From Betaproteobacteria bacterium (GTDB lineage: Bacteria > Pseudomonadota > Gammaproteobacteria > Burkholderiales > SG8-39): a DNA stretch of 64,000 nucleotides. Location of the stretch: NCBI GenBank assembly GCA_005881595.1, contig VBBY01000021.1:39977-103976 (forward strand), given 5' to 3'. Shown one piece after another: positions 9,399 to 21,365 of the stretch (position 1 is the stretch's first letter; each line of letters opens with the position of its first letter). The notes beneath the pieces were generated by a model. That model was not told where the DNA came from. It made no database searches and saw only the letters and a program-made list of their open reading frames with translations. Both the position numbers and the translations under genes were made by a program.

Positions 9399-9761
9399 AT
9401 GAAAGCGTTCCTCCGCCGTTTCATCTGCCGCTTCCTTGCCGTGAGCCTCGTCGCCCTGCCTTACGCGGCGCAGACCCAGGCCGCCCTGATCGGCGTCGAT
9501 GAGGCGCTTGCGGCACAGCGCCAGGCCGAGCGCGGCGAGCTGACGGGCTTCCTCGCGCGCGCCGACGTGCAGAAGCAGCTCGCCGTGCTGGGCGTTGCCC
9601 CCGCCGCGGCCGCCGAGCGTGCGAACGCGCTCACCGACGACGAGGTGCAGCAGCTCGCGGGCCGGATCGACTCGCTTCCGGCGGGCGCCGACATCTCCGC
9701 GGCCGCGCTCCTCCTGGTGCTCATCGTGATCCTGCTGCTCTTCATGCTCGACAGGCGCTGA
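9399..9761 (+). CDS. PA2779-like small membrane-anchored protein, copy 2 (tandem paralog)
   Basis: 120 aa with the same architecture as copy 1 (AALIGV...VLGVAPAAAAERANALTDDEVQQLAGRIDSLPAGA, C-terminal TM). It starts 11 nt after copy 1. Confidence 0.65.
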   Translation: MKAFLRRFICRFLAVSLVALPYAAQTQAALIGVDEALAAQRQAERGELTGFLARADVQKQLAVLGVAPAAAAERANALTDDEVQQLAGRIDSLPAGADISAAALLLVLIVILLLFMLDRR

Positions 9762-9776
9762 GCTAGACCCCGATTT

Positions 9777-10928
9777 CTACTTCTCCATGAAAGCGCGGAT
9801 CTGATCGGCGACCTTGCCGATCGAGAACAGCCCGTCAAGGTGGCCGCTGGTGCCGTCGATCTCGTAGAGCTCGACGTAGTTGCCCTGCGCGCGCAGCTTG
9901 TCGGCGGCTCTGCGCGACAGCTCGGGCGGGAACAGCAGATCGGTTTTCGCCGGCAGAAACAGCACTTTCGCCTTGATTCGCGCCTGCTCCTTTTCGACGT
10001 TGTAGAGCTGGTTGGCTTTCGCCATCCACACGAAATGGCTCGCATCGGTGGCGCCGGCGCGCGCCTGACCCGCCTTGTTCAGGGCATCCTCGATGGCGAA
10101 CAGGTTGCCCAGGGCATCGGCCGGATTGCCGCCTTCGGACGCCCACTTGTAGCCGTGCAGCTTTTCCGCCCAGGCAAAATGCACCGTCGTGAGCGTCACC
10201 AGTTTGAGCGATTGCGCCAGTCCTGCAGCCGGCTCCGGGCCGCCGTGGTAGTCGCCGCCCTTCCAGTTCGGATCGAGCTTGATGGGGGCGACCCAGGCGT
10301 CGAGCATGGCGATGACGTACGGATGGATGTCCAGGCCGGGGCCGATGACGTGGATCACCCGCTCGACCAGCTCCGGGTACGCCGCGCCCCATTCCATGGC
10401 CTGAATCGCGCCGCCCGATGCCCCGGCCACCGCCTTCAGCTTCTTGACGCCGAGCGAATCGATGAGCGCCTTGTGCGCGCGAACGAAGTCGCGCATCGAA
10501 ACGACGGGAAATGCCGAGCCGTAGGGCTTCCCGGTATCCGGATTGATGGTCGAAGGCCCGGTGGTGCCGACCGCAGGACTTTTTACATTCAGGTTGACCA
10601 GCGTATCTGCGCTCACCACGAAGTATTTGTCGGTATCGATCGCCTTGCCCGCGCCGATGATCGCGTCCCAGTAGCCGGCAGCCTTGTCGTCGGCCTTGTA
10701 GCGTCCTGCCGCATGCGAGGTCCCGGAGAAAAAGTGCGGGACGAACACGGCGTTGTCGCCGGCGGCGTTGAGCTTGCCGTAGGTCTCGTAGCCGACCCGC
10801 ACGTTCTTGATCGGCTTGCCGCCCACGCTGGCGTATTGCGGCAGCGTGAAGAATCTCTTCTCCGTGAGCAGCTGCGCGAACGCATTGCCGGCGACGGCAA
10901 ATGCAACGATGGCGAGAAGCGCGCGCAT
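9777..10928 (-). CDS. Secreted alpha/beta hydrolase, MetX (homoserine O-acetyltransferase)-like esterase
   Basis: [18 protein letters not shown] signal peptide. MetX-like core (VGYETYGKLNAAGDNAVFVPHFFSGTSHAAG...; nucleophile context AGASGGAIQAMEW; ...DLLFPP...GHLDG). The ATG at 10928 overlaps the tatC stop by 1 nt. Confidence 0.8.
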   Translation of the reverse strand: MRALLAIVAFAVAGNAFAQLLTEKRFFTLPQYASVGGKPIKNVRVGYETYGKLNAAGDNAVFVPHFFSGTSHAAGRYKADDKAAGYWDAIIGAGKAIDTDKYFVVSADTLVNLNVKSPAVGTTGPSTINPDTGKPYGSAFPVVSMRDFVRAHKALIDSLGVKKLKAVAGASGGAIQAMEWGAAYPELVERVIHVIGPGLDIHPYVIAMLDAWVAPIKLDPNWKGGDYHGGPEPAAGLAQSLKLVTLTTVHFAWAEKLHGYKWASEGGNPADALGNLFAIEDALNKAGQARAGATDASHFVWMAKANQLYNVEKEQARIKAKVLFLPAKTDLLFPPELSRRAADKLRAQGNYVELYEIDGTSGHLDGLFSIGKVADQIRAFMEK

Positions 10929-11686
10929 CAGATTTCCCCCTTTGTTGTGAGGTCCGGCTGGTTGCTTTCGGCGGCCTTGACGAAGCGGCCCAGGACGAGC
11001 CCGGCCTCGTAAAGCAGGCACATCGGGATGGCGAGCAGCAGCTGGGACAGCACGTCGGGCGGCGTGACGACCGCGGCGATGACGAATGCGCCGACGATGA
11101 CGTACGGCCGGGCGTCGCGCAGCTTCTCGACGCTCACCACGCCCATCCTCACCAGCACGATGACCACGATCGGGATCTCGAAGGTGACCCCGAAGGCGAT
11201 GAACATCGTGATCACGAAGCTGAAATACGCCTCGATGTCGGGTGCCGGCGTGATCGACTTCGGCGCGAAGCCGTGGATGAACGCGAACACCCTGCCGAAC
11301 ACGAAGAAGTAGCAGAAAGCCACGCCGAGCAGGAACAGCGCCGTGCTGCCGATCACCAGCGGCAGCGCCAGCCTCTTCTCGTGCGCGTACAGCCCGGGCG
11401 CGACAAAGGCCCACGCCTGGTACAGGACATACGGCAGCGCGATCATGAACGCGACCAGCGCCGTCACCTTCACGGGCACCATGAACGGGGTGACGACGCC
11501 GATGGCGATCATGCTGGCGCCCTCGGGGAGCGCGCGCATCAGCGGCAGGGCGAGGGCGTCGTAGATCGGCCCGGAGCCGGGCCAGATGAACAGCGCGACG
11601 AAGATGGCGAGCACCACGGCAACCGCGCGCACCAGGCGCGAGCGCAGCTCGATCAGGTGCGAGATGAAGGTTTCCTGGTCGCTCAT
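10928..11686 (-). CDS. tatC: Twin-arginine translocase subunit TatC
   Basis: 252 aa, six [42 protein letters not shown]. Confidence 0.95.
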   Translation of the reverse strand: MSDQETFISHLIELRSRLVRAVAVVLAIFVALFIWPGSGPIYDALALPLMRALPEGASMIAIGVVTPFMVPVKVTALVAFMIALPYVLYQAWAFVAPGLYAHEKRLALPLVIGSTALFLLGVAFCYFFVFGRVFAFIHGFAPKSITPAPDIEAYFSFVITMFIAFGVTFEIPIVVIVLVRMGVVSVEKLRDARPYVIVGAFVIAAVVTPPDVLSQLLLAIPMCLLYEAGLVLGRFVKAAESNQPDLTTKGEI

Positions 11687-12003
11687 CCCGGCTTGTTTTC
11701 CGGGGGCTTGCCTTCGGCCGCCGCCGCGACGGACTGGTTGAGCTCGTCTGCGGTCTTGGCGAGCTCCGTATTGACCGAGGTCTCCACGTCGCTCGCCGCC
11801 TTCTGCATCGAGTCGCGCATCTTGCGCAGCTCGTCGAGCTCGATCTCGCGGTTGATGTCGGCCTTGACGTCGGCGACGTAGCGCTGCAGCCGGCCCGCGA
11901 GGTGGCCGAGCGTGCGCGCCACGCGCGGCAGCTTCTCGGGCCCGATCACGATCAGCGCGACCAGCCCGATTACCAGCAGCTCTGAGAATCCTATGTCGAA
12001 CAT
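11683..12003 (-). CDS. tatB: Twin-arginine translocase subunit TatB
   Basis: [31 protein letters not shown]... followed by an amphipathic helix. 4-nt overlap with tatC. Confidence 0.92.
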   Translation of the reverse strand: MFDIGFSELLVIGLVALIVIGPEKLPRVARTLGHLAGRLQRYVADVKADINREIELDELRKMRDSMQKAASDVETSVNTELAKTADELNQSVAAAAEGKPPENKPG

Positions 12004-12016
12004 TGGTCAGCCTGGG

Positions 12017-12046
12017 AACAAAAAGGCGCCCGGGCGGGCGCCTTTG
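12017..12046 (-). terminator. Intra-operon hairpin plus T-run between tatA and tatB (attenuator or partial terminator)
   Basis: Minus strand reads CAAAGGCGCCCGCCCGGGCGCCTTTTTGT: a 7-bp all-GC stem (12025-12031/12036-12042) extended by A:T pairs, then TTTTT. It lies 20 nt after the tatA stop. Confidence 0.6.
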
Positions 12047-12065
12047 CTGGGGACCGCGCCGGCGC

Positions 12066-12293
12066 TCAGGCCTTCTGCTCGGTCTTTTCCTTGATTTCGC
12101 CCTCGATCGTCTTGCCCGTTACCTGCGGCGCGGCGCCGGCGTCGGCAGCCTTGTCGCCCTCGCGCATGCCGTCCTTGAAGCCGCGCACGGCGCCGCCGAG
12201 GTCCGCGCCGATGTTGCGCAGCTTCTTGGTGCCGAAAATCAGCATCACGATCACCAGGACGATCAGCCAGTGCCAAATGCTGAGCGAACCCAT
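12066..12293 (-). CDS. tatA: Twin-arginine translocase subunit TatA
   Basis: 75 aa, [40 protein letters not shown]. Confidence 0.95.
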   Translation of the reverse strand: MGSLSIWHWLIVLVIVMLIFGTKKLRNIGADLGGAVRGFKDGMREGDKAADAGAAPQVTGKTIEGEIKEKTEQKA

Positions 12294-12302
12294 ACGCGTC
12301 TC

Positions 12303-12662
12303 CTATTTCCTCCTCTGCAGCATCGGGCCGAGAGGCTCGGGCCCGCCGAGGACGTGCATGTGGAGATGATACACCTCCTGATGCCCCACGCGCCCCGTGT
12401 TGATGATGGCGCGAAAGCCGTCGGCGGCCCCCTCCTTGCGCGCCAGCTCTCCGGCGAGCGCAAGCATCTTGCCCAGAGGCCGCAGCTGGCTCATCCCGGC
12501 GTCGTACAGCGACGGCAGGTGCTCCTTCGGAACGATGAGGAAATGCACCGCCGCCTGCGGCCGGATGTCGTGGAAGGCAAACACGTCGTCATCCTCGTAG
12601 AGTTTCTTCGCCGGGATCTCGCCGCTGGCGATCTTGCAGAAAATGCAGTTGGGGTCGTTCAT
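12303..12662 (-). CDS. HIT-family (histidine triad) nucleotide hydrolase
   Basis: [25 protein letters not shown]... and the HxHxH triad in [12 protein letters not shown]. The longer 158-aa track ORF is an upstream extension into hisE. Confidence 0.9.
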   Translation of the reverse strand: MNDPNCIFCKIASGEIPAKKLYEDDDVFAFHDIRPQAAVHFLIVPKEHLPSLYDAGMSQLRPLGKMLALAGELARKEGAADGFRAIINTGRVGHQEVYHLHMHVLGGPEPLGPMLQRRK

Positions 12663-12988
12663 TTCTTCCTGGCGGCCTTCTCGTCGATGCCGGAGATGCC
12701 CTCGCGGCGGTGCATTTCGGCCAGCACGTCGCCGGGGCCCAGGCCGTGGCGCGCGAGCACGATCATGCAATGGAACCACAGGTCGGCGGTCTCGCGCACC
12801 AGGTGCTGGCGGTCGCCGCTCTTCGCGGCCAGCACCGTCTCGGTGGCCTCCTCGCCGATTTTCTTCAGCAGCGCGTCCTCGCCTTGCGACAGCAGCCGGG
12901 CGACATAGGAGGTCTTTACATCTCCATGCTTTCTCTCCTCGATCGTCGCAGCGATGCGCTCGAGCGTCGCGTAGAGTCCAGGTTTCAT
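12659..12988 (-). CDS. hisE: Phosphoribosyl-ATP pyrophosphatase
   Basis: 109 aa, [20 protein letters not shown]...[30 protein letters not shown]...[17 protein letters not shown] overlap with hisI. Confidence 0.9.
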   Translation of the reverse strand: MKPGLYATLERIAATIEERKHGDVKTSYVARLLSQGEDALLKKIGEEATETVLAAKSGDRQHLVRETADLWFHCMIVLARHGLGPGDVLAEMHRREGISGIDEKAARKK

Positions 12989-13367
12989 TTTTTGTAGATC
13001 AGCGACGGATCCTTCAGCACCGGATCGGTCGCCACCCACCTCCCGTTCTGCAGTTTTCTGAAGAAACAGCTCTCGCGGCCGGTATGGCAGGCAATGCCGC
13101 CCACCTGCTCCACCCTGAGCAGCAGCGCATCCGCGTCGCAGTCGATGCGCACTTCGCGCACTTTCTGGACGTGCCCGGAATCCTCGCCCTTGCGCCAGAG
13201 CTTCTTGCGCGAGCGCGACCAATAGACCGCCTCCTGGCCCGCCACCGTCTTTTCCAGCGCTTCCCGGTTCATCCACGCGACGGTGAGCACCCTGCCCGAG
13301 GAAAAATCCTGCGCGACGACGGGGATCAGCCCCTGCTCGTTCCACGGCACTTCATCGAGCCATTCGT

Positions 13368-13371
<4 letters not shown>
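12985..13371 (-). CDS. hisI: Phosphoribosyl-AMP cyclohydrolase
   Basis: 128 aa, [29 protein letters not shown]...[22 protein letters not shown]...[22 protein letters not shown]. Confidence 0.92.
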
Positions 13372-14126
<755 letters not shown>

Positions 14127-14128
14127 GG

Positions 14129-14878
14129 CTAGTCCTTGGCGAGCGCCTTGTCGGCGGTCGCCTGGGCCTTCTTCAAGTCGAGCTTGCCCTCGTAGAGCGC
14201 GCGGCCGGCGATCGCGCCGATGATGCCCTCGGGAGCGAGCTGGCTGCACACCGCCTGCACGTCCTTGAGGCTGTTGAGGCCGCCCGAGGCGATGATCGGC
14301 GTCTTGATGGCCTGCGCCAGCTTGAGCGTCGCGTCGATGTTGACCCCGGTCAGCATGCCGTCGCGGCCGATGTCGGTATAGATCAGCGCCTCGACGCCAT
14401 ACTCCTCGAATTTCTTCGCCAGGTCGACGACGTCGTGGCCAGTCATCTTCGACCAGCCCTCGACCGCCACTTTCCCGTCCTTGGCGTCCAGGCCGGCGAT
14501 GACATGGCCGGGAAAGGCGTAGCAGGCGTCGGACAGGAACCCCGGGTTCTTGACGGCGGCAGTGCCGATCACCACGAAGCTGACGCCCGCGTCGAGGTAG
14601 CTCTCGATGGCATCCAGGTCGCGGATGCCGCCGCCGAGCTGGATCGGCACCTGCCCGCCGACCGCCGCGATCATGTCGCGGATCACTTTCTCGTTCTTCG
14701 GCCGGCCGGCGATGGCGCCGTTCAGGTCGACGATGTGGAGGCGCCGGGCGCCTTCGCCCGCCCAATGCCTCGCCATCGCGACCGGGTCGTCGGAAAACAC
14801 GGTAGCGCTGCTCATGTCGCCTTGCTTCAGGCGCACGCAGCGCCCGTCCTTCAGGTCAATAGCCGGGATGATGAGCAC
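14129..14878 (-). CDS. hisA: ProFAR isomerase (1-(5-phosphoribosyl)-5-[(5-phosphoribosylamino)methylideneamino]imidazole-4-carboxamide isomerase)
   Basis: 249 aa, [21 protein letters not shown]...LHIVDLNGA...QLGGGIR...ASGG. Confidence 0.94.
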   Translation of the reverse strand: MLIIPAIDLKDGRCVRLKQGDMSSATVFSDDPVAMARHWAGEGARRLHIVDLNGAIAGRPKNEKVIRDMIAAVGGQVPIQLGGGIRDLDAIESYLDAGVSFVVIGTAAVKNPGFLSDACYAFPGHVIAGLDAKDGKVAVEGWSKMTGHDVVDLAKKFEEYGVEALIYTDIGRDGMLTGVNIDATLKLAQAIKTPIIASGGLNSLKDVQAVCSQLAPEGIIGAIAGRALYEGKLDLKKAQATADKALAKD

Positions 14879-14896
14879 TCAGTGCTCGATTGAAAA

Positions 14897-15508
14897 TCAG
14901 GGACGCCAGCGCACGAAGTTGGAGAGAAGTTGCAGGCCCGCAGACTGGCTTTTTTCCGGATGGAACTGTACGGCAAAAATGTTATCCCGGGCAACCGCGC
15001 AGGTAAAGGGCATGCCGTAGACGCACGTGGCCGCCGTCAGCCCCTCGTCGCGCGGCGCCGGGAAGTAGCTGTGCACGAAGTAGAACCGGCTGCGGTCGGC
15101 AACTCCCGCCCACAGCGCGTGGCGCCGCCGCTGCAGCACCTCGTTCCAGCCCATATGCGGAATCTTGAGACCGGAGACCCTGAAGCGCGGGACGTTGCCG
15201 GGCAGCAATCCGAGGCCCCGGGTGTCGCCCTCCTCGCCGCGCTCGAACAGCATCTGCAGGCCGATGCAGATGCCGAGGAAGGGCTTGGCCCCGGCCGCCT
15301 CGACGACTGCCTCGCGCGCCCCGCTCGCGGCCAGCTGGCGCATGCAGTCGGGCATCGCGCCCTGACCGGGCACCACGACCCGCTCCGCGGACCGGATGGC
15401 CGCCGGATCGGCGGTAGCCAGGACTTCGGCGCCGGGGGCGACATGCTCCAGCGCCTTGGCCACCGAGCGCAGATTCCCCATGCCGTAATCGACGACGGCA
15501 ATCCTCAA
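14897..15508 (-). CDS. hisH: Imidazole glycerol phosphate synthase glutaminase subunit
   Basis: 203 aa, [16 protein letters not shown]...[12 protein letters not shown]...FHPEKS. Confidence 0.94.
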   Translation of the reverse strand: MRIAVVDYGMGNLRSVAKALEHVAPGAEVLATADPAAIRSAERVVVPGQGAMPDCMRQLAASGAREAVVEAAGAKPFLGICIGLQMLFERGEEGDTRGLGLLPGNVPRFRVSGLKIPHMGWNEVLQRRRHALWAGVADRSRFYFVHSYFPAPRDEGLTAATCVYGMPFTCAVARDNIFAVQFHPEKSQSAGLQLLSNFVRWRP

Positions 15509-16096
15509 TTAAAGCGAGCCCTTCGTCGAAGGCACTGCGCCGGCCGCGCGCGGGTCGGGCTCGGCCGCCATGCGCAATGCGCGCGCAAACGCCTTGAACA
15601 CGGTTTCGCACTGGTGATGCGCGTTGTCGCCGCGCAGGTTGTCGATGTGCAGGGTGACCTGCGCGTGGTTGGCGAAGCCCTGGAAGAACTGCTGCACCAG
15701 GTCGACGTCGAACTCGCCGATCAGCGCGCGGGTGAATTTGACGTGGTACTCGAGTCCCGGCCGGCCGGAGAAATCGATCACCGCGCGCGACAGCGCCTCG
15801 TCGAGAGGCACGTAGGCGTGGCCGAAGCGGCGTACGCCGGCCTTGTCGCCGAGCGCCCGGGCGAACGCCTGCCCCAGCGTGATGCCGATGTCCTCGACGG
15901 TGTGATGCGCGTCGATGTGCAGATCGCCCTGCGCCTCGATGTCCAGGTCGAGCAGGGCGTGGCGCGCCACCTGGTCGAGCATGTGCTCGAGGAAGGGCAG
16001 CCCGGTCGAGAGCTTCGCATCGCCCTTGCCGTCGACGTTGAGCCGCACCCGGATCCGGGTTTCCTTGGTGTTGCGGACGACTTCGGCGCTACGCAT
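15509..16096 (-). CDS. hisB: Imidazoleglycerol-phosphate dehydratase
   Basis: 195 aa, [16 protein letters not shown]...[33 protein letters not shown]...[17 protein letters not shown]. Confidence 0.94.
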   Translation of the reverse strand: MRSAEVVRNTKETRIRVRLNVDGKGDAKLSTGLPFLEHMLDQVARHALLDLDIEAQGDLHIDAHHTVEDIGITLGQAFARALGDKAGVRRFGHAYVPLDEALSRAVIDFSGRPGLEYHVKFTRALIGEFDVDLVQQFFQGFANHAQVTLHIDNLRGDNAHHQCETVFKAFARALRMAAEPDPRAAGAVPSTKGSL

Positions 16097-16097
16097 G

Positions 16098-17150
16098 TCA
16101 AAGCGCTTCCTGGAGGGCGGTGAGCAGTATACGGTTTTCGTCGGGCGTGCCGACCGTGATCCGCAGGCAATCGCGCAATCCCGGATGCAGATTCCTCACC
16201 AGCACGCCTTGCCGCCTCAGCGCCTCGTAAGTGCGCTCCGCCCGCGGAACGCGCACCAGGAAAAAGTTCGCCTGCGAAGGAAACACCGTCACGCCGGGGA
16301 GGCCGGCGAGGGCCGCGCCGAGCACCGCGCGCTCGGTCCTGATCCGCGCCGCCTGCTCTTCGAGCACCTCGAGCCGCTCCAGCATGAAAAGCGCAGCCGC
16401 CTGGGTGAGCACGTTGACGTTGTAGGCCTGCCGTACTTTGTTGAACTGCTCGATCCATTGCGGCCGGCCGGCGAGATAGCCCAGGCGGATGCCGGCCAGG
16501 CCGAGCTTGGACAGCGTGCGCAGCACGACCAGGTTCGGATGCTCGCCCAGGCGCTGCATGAAGGTCCTGCCGGCGAACACGTGATACGCCTCATCCAGGA
16601 CGACGAGTCCTTCGGCGGCGCGGATCACCCGCAGGACGTCTTCCTCCGGATACAGCACGCCGGTGGGATTATTCGGATAGGCGATGAACACGAGCTCCGG
16701 CCGCTCGCTTTTCATGCGCACGAGGAACGCGCCGGCGTCGAAGGAGAAGTCCTCGCGCAGCGGCACCGCCACGGCTTTCATCCCGCACAGCGCGGCATTC
16801 ATGCCGTACATGACGAAGCTCGGCGCCGGATACATCATCGTCGTCCCCGGGCGCGCCACCGCCAGCGTGATGATCTGGAGCAGGTCGTCGGAGCCGTTTC
16901 CGAGCAGCAGCTCCATGCCCGCGGGCAGGTTCATCCGCCGCGCGAGCAGCTCGCGCACGCGCCGCCCGGTCGGCTCGGGATAGCGATTCAGATCGACGCG
17001 GGACAGCGCTTCGGCCAGCTCGCGGCGCAGCGCGGGCGGCAGCGGGTAGGGGTTTTCCATGGCGTCGAGCTTCACCATGCCCTGCGCTTCCGGCACCTGA
17101 TATGCGGTCAGCGCGAGGATTTCCGGGCGCACCAGCTTCTCGGGGCTCAT
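16098..17150 (-). CDS. hisC: Histidinol-phosphate aminotransferase
   Basis: 350 aa from [20 protein letters not shown]...[12 protein letters not shown]...YPNNPTG...[15 protein letters not shown] (PLP Lys). ATGA overlap with hisD. The upstream part of the 462-aa track ORF is spurious. Confidence 0.92.
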   Translation of the reverse strand: MSPEKLVRPEILALTAYQVPEAQGMVKLDAMENPYPLPPALRRELAEALSRVDLNRYPEPTGRRVRELLARRMNLPAGMELLLGNGSDDLLQIITLAVARPGTTMMYPAPSFVMYGMNAALCGMKAVAVPLREDFSFDAGAFLVRMKSERPELVFIAYPNNPTGVLYPEEDVLRVIRAAEGLVVLDEAYHVFAGRTFMQRLGEHPNLVVLRTLSKLGLAGIRLGYLAGRPQWIEQFNKVRQAYNVNVLTQAAALFMLERLEVLEEQAARIRTERAVLGAALAGLPGVTVFPSQANFFLVRVPRAERTYEALRRQGVLVRNLHPGLRDCLRITVGTPDENRILLTALQEAL

Positions 17151-18430
17151 TTGAATCTCATCTGCGCGGAGCGGGCGTGGGCCGTCAGCCCCTCGCCTTC
17201 GGCCAGGACCGCGGCCAGCTTGCCGAGCCTGGCCGCCGCGGCCTGCGACACGCCGATGACGCTGGAGCGCTTCTGGAAATCGTAGACGCCGAGCGGCGAG
17301 GAGAAGCGCGCGCTGCCGGCAGTGGGCAGGACGTGGTTCGGCCCCGCGCAATAGTCGCCGATCGCCTCGGAGCTCCAGCGGCCGAGGAAAATGGCGCCCG
17401 CGTGTTTCAGCTTTGGCAGCCAGGCCTGCGGGTCCTCCACCGACAGCTCGAGATGCTCGGGCGCGATGCGGTTGGCAAGCGCGCACGCCTCCTCGAGGTC
17501 GCGCGTCTCGATGAGCGCTCCACGCGCCGCCAGCGACGCGGCGATGATTTCCCGCCTCGGCATCGCAGGAAGAAGTTTTTTCATCGAAAGCTCGACCTGA
17601 TCGAGATAAGAGGATTGCGGGGAAAGCAGAAGCGCCTGCGCCGCCTCGTCGTGCTCAGCCTGCGAAAACAGGTCCATCGCCAGCCAGTCGGCAGGTGTAC
17701 GGCCGTCCGCGATCACCAGGATTTCCGACGGCCCGGCGACCATGTCGATGCCGACCTGCCCGAACACCTGGCGCTTGGCTTCGGCGACATAGACGTTGCC
17801 GGGACCGACGATCTTGTCGACGCGCGGCACGCTCCGCGTGCCGTACGCGAGCGCGCCGACTGCCTGCGCGCCGCCGATGCCGATCACGCGGTCTACTTCG
17901 GCGAGCGCCGCGGCAGCCAGGACCAGCGGCTTGGGAGCGGGACTCACCATCACCAGCTCGCGCACGCCGGCGACTTTGGCCGGGAGCGCGTTCATCAGGA
18001 CGGAGGACGGGTACGCCGCCTTGCCGCCCGGCACATAGATCCCGACGCGATCGATTGCGGTCACGCGCTGGCCAAGGCGCGTGCCGTCCTGGTCGGTGTA
18101 GTCCCAGGAGCTCTGCAGCTGCCGCCGGTGGAAGTCGCGGATGCGCTCGCCCGCCTCGCGCAACGCGCCGGCCTGCTCGCGTGACAGCGACTCCAGCGCC
18201 CTCTGCAGCTTTTCCCTAGGCACCTCGAGCTCGGCCAGCGAGCGCGCCGCGACGCGATCAAATTTGCGCGTGTAGTCGAGCACGGCCTCGTCGCCGCGAG
18301 AGCGCACATCGGCGAGGATCGCGCGTACCGATTCCTGCACCGCCGTATCCTGCAGCCCCGCGTGGCGCGTCAGCGCCGCCAGCTCGGCCTCGAACCCGGC
18401 GTCGCGCGTGGCGAGGCGCCGCAGCTTCAT
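17147..18430 (-). CDS. hisD: Histidinol dehydrogenase
   Basis: 427 aa. ...[27 protein letters not shown]...QAEHDE...APEHLEL...[13 protein letters not shown]. Confidence 0.95.
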   Translation of the reverse strand: MKLRRLATRDAGFEAELAALTRHAGLQDTAVQESVRAILADVRSRGDEAVLDYTRKFDRVAARSLAELEVPREKLQRALESLSREQAGALREAGERIRDFHRRQLQSSWDYTDQDGTRLGQRVTAIDRVGIYVPGGKAAYPSSVLMNALPAKVAGVRELVMVSPAPKPLVLAAAALAEVDRVIGIGGAQAVGALAYGTRSVPRVDKIVGPGNVYVAEAKRQVFGQVGIDMVAGPSEILVIADGRTPADWLAMDLFSQAEHDEAAQALLLSPQSSYLDQVELSMKKLLPAMPRREIIAASLAARGALIETRDLEEACALANRIAPEHLELSVEDPQAWLPKLKHAGAIFLGRWSSEAIGDYCAGPNHVLPTAGSARFSSPLGVYDFQKRSSVIGVSQAAAARLGKLAAVLAEGEGLTAHARSAQMRFK

Positions 18431-19071
18431 CGGCCGGCGGCTTTCGAGAAGGCGTCGATCAGCGGCTGCAGCGCAGCTCGCTTGGTCTTGAGCGCCGCCT
18501 GGTTGACGATCAAGCGCGCCGACACCGGCATGATTTCCTCGACCGGAACGAGGCTGTTGGCGCGCAAGGTGTTGCCGGTGGAAACGAGATCGACAATCGC
18601 ATCGGCAAGACCGACCAGCGGCGCGAGCTCCATCGACCCGTACAGGCGAATCAGGTCCACATGCACGCCTTTTGCGGCAAAGTGCTCACGGGTGATGTTG
18701 ACGTACTTGGTCGCAACGCGCAGGCGCGCGCCCTGCCGCACCGCGCCTGCGTAATCGAAGCCCTTGCGCACCGCGACCATCATCCGGCAGGCGGCGATGC
18801 CGAGATCGACCGGCTGGTACAGCCCCTCGCCGCCGTGCTCGGCCAGCACGTCGCGTCCGGCTACGCCGAGATCCGCGCCCCCGCGCTCGACATAGGTCGG
18901 CGTGTCCGAAGCGCGCACCACGATCAGCTGCACGTCACGCCGGTTCGTGGCAAGCACCAGCTTGCGCGAGCGCTCGGGGTCGTCGTTCGGCCGGATACCG
19001 ACGCGCTCCAGCAGCGGCGCCGTCTCGTCGAAGATGCGCCCCTTGGATAGCGCGATGCTGATCTTGACCAT
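18427..19071 (-). CDS. hisG: ATP phosphoribosyltransferase, short form (HisZ-dependent type)
   Basis: 214 aa from [21 protein letters not shown]...[21 protein letters not shown]...[12 protein letters not shown]. It lacks the C-terminal regulatory domain. Confidence 0.92.
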   Translation of the reverse strand: MVKISIALSKGRIFDETAPLLERVGIRPNDDPERSRKLVLATNRRDVQLIVVRASDTPTYVERGGADLGVAGRDVLAEHGGEGLYQPVDLGIAACRMMVAVRKGFDYAGAVRQGARLRVATKYVNITREHFAAKGVHVDLIRLYGSMELAPLVGLADAIVDLVSTGNTLRANSLVPVEEIMPVSARLIVNQAALKTKRAALQPLIDAFSKAAGR

Positions 19072-19075
19072 AAAC

Positions 19076-19097
19076 GAAAAAGGCCCCGATGGGGCCG
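19076..19097 (-). terminator. Hairpin plus T-run between murA and hisG (terminator-like or attenuator)
   Basis: Minus strand reads GGCCCC-atc-GGGGCC-TTTTT-cgtttATG (stem 19082-19087/19091-19096). The T-run ends 5 nt before the hisG ATG. Confidence 0.55.
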
Positions 19098-19123
19098 ATA
19101 AGGCTCTGAATTTTACTGCAATT

Positions 19124-20369
<1,246 letters not shown>

Positions 20370-20377
<8 letters not shown>

Positions 20378-20609
20378 CCGATTTCCACTCCTCAGGCGTC
20401 AGCGTGCGCATCGAAAGGGCATGAATTTCCTCGCGCATGCGCTCGCCGAGCGCCGCGTAAACCAGCTGATGTCGCTGCACGCGGCTCCTTCCCGCGAACT
20501 CCCCGGACACGATCAGCGCCTGGAAATGCTGTCCGTCGCCGACCACTTCCACGTGCTCGCAGGCGAGCCCCGCCGCGATCCCCGTCTTTACGCTTTCAGG
20601 CGTCACCAT
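20370..20609 (-). CDS. BolA/IbaG-family protein
   Basis: 79 aa, ...[56 protein letters not shown]. Conserved position between the ABC-2 genes and murA. Confidence 0.85.
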
Positions 20610-21365
20610 TCAATACCTCAGCTTGTACCCGGCCTTGAGCAGCCCGAGGCTGATCAGGCTAACGATCAAAAAGCTTACCCCGAGCACCGCCAGGCTGGCA
20701 TACGGAGGCACGTCGGAAATGCCGAGGAAGCCATAGCGAAAGCCATCGACCATGTAAAAGAACGGGTTGGCGTGCGACAGCTTCTGCCAGAAGCCGGGCA
20801 ACGAATGAATCGAATAGAACACGCCGGAAAGAAAGCTGAGAGGCATGATGACGAAGTTCTGAAACGCCGCCAGCTGATCGATCTTTTCGGAGACGATGCC
20901 GGCGATCAGGCCGAGCGCCCCGAGCAGCGCGGCTCCGAGCAGCGCGAACGCAAATGCCCAGAGCGGCGCGCCGAGCCGCAGCTCGACGAACCAGACGGTC
21001 ACGGCGAGCACCCCGGCACCCACCAGCAGCCCGCGGATCACCGCGGCCAGCACGTAGGCGCCGAAGAACTCGAGGTGGGAGACCGGCGAGAGCAGGATGA
21101 ACACGATGTTGCCGGTGATTTTCGACTGGATCAGGCTGGATGAGCTGTTGGCGAACGCGTTCTGCAGGACGCTCATCATGACCAGGCCCGGGACGAGGAA
21201 CGAGGTATAGCGCACGCCTTCGTACACCTGCAGGCGTCCTTCCAGCGCCTGCCCGAAAATGATCAGGTATAGGAGCGCGCTCAGCACCGGCGCGGCGACG
21301 GTCTGCACGCTCACTTTCCAGAAGCGCAGCAGCTCCTTGAGGAAAAGCGTCCAGAAGCCGGTCAC
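20610..21365 (-). CDS. ABC-2 type transporter permease
   Basis: 251 aa from GTG at 21365 (GTGA overlap with the ATPase stop). VTGFWTLFLKELLRFWKV..., six TM. The 628-aa track ORF is a run-on artefact. Confidence 0.85.
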   Translation of the reverse strand: MTGFWTLFLKELLRFWKVSVQTVAAPVLSALLYLIIFGQALEGRLQVYEGVRYTSFLVPGLVMMSVLQNAFANSSSSLIQSKITGNIVFILLSPVSHLEFFGAYVLAAVIRGLLVGAGVLAVTVWFVELRLGAPLWAFAFALLGAALLGALGLIAGIVSEKIDQLAAFQNFVIMPLSFLSGVFYSIHSLPGFWQKLSHANPFFYMVDGFRYGFLGISDVPPYASLAVLGVSFLIVSLISLGLLKAGYKLRY

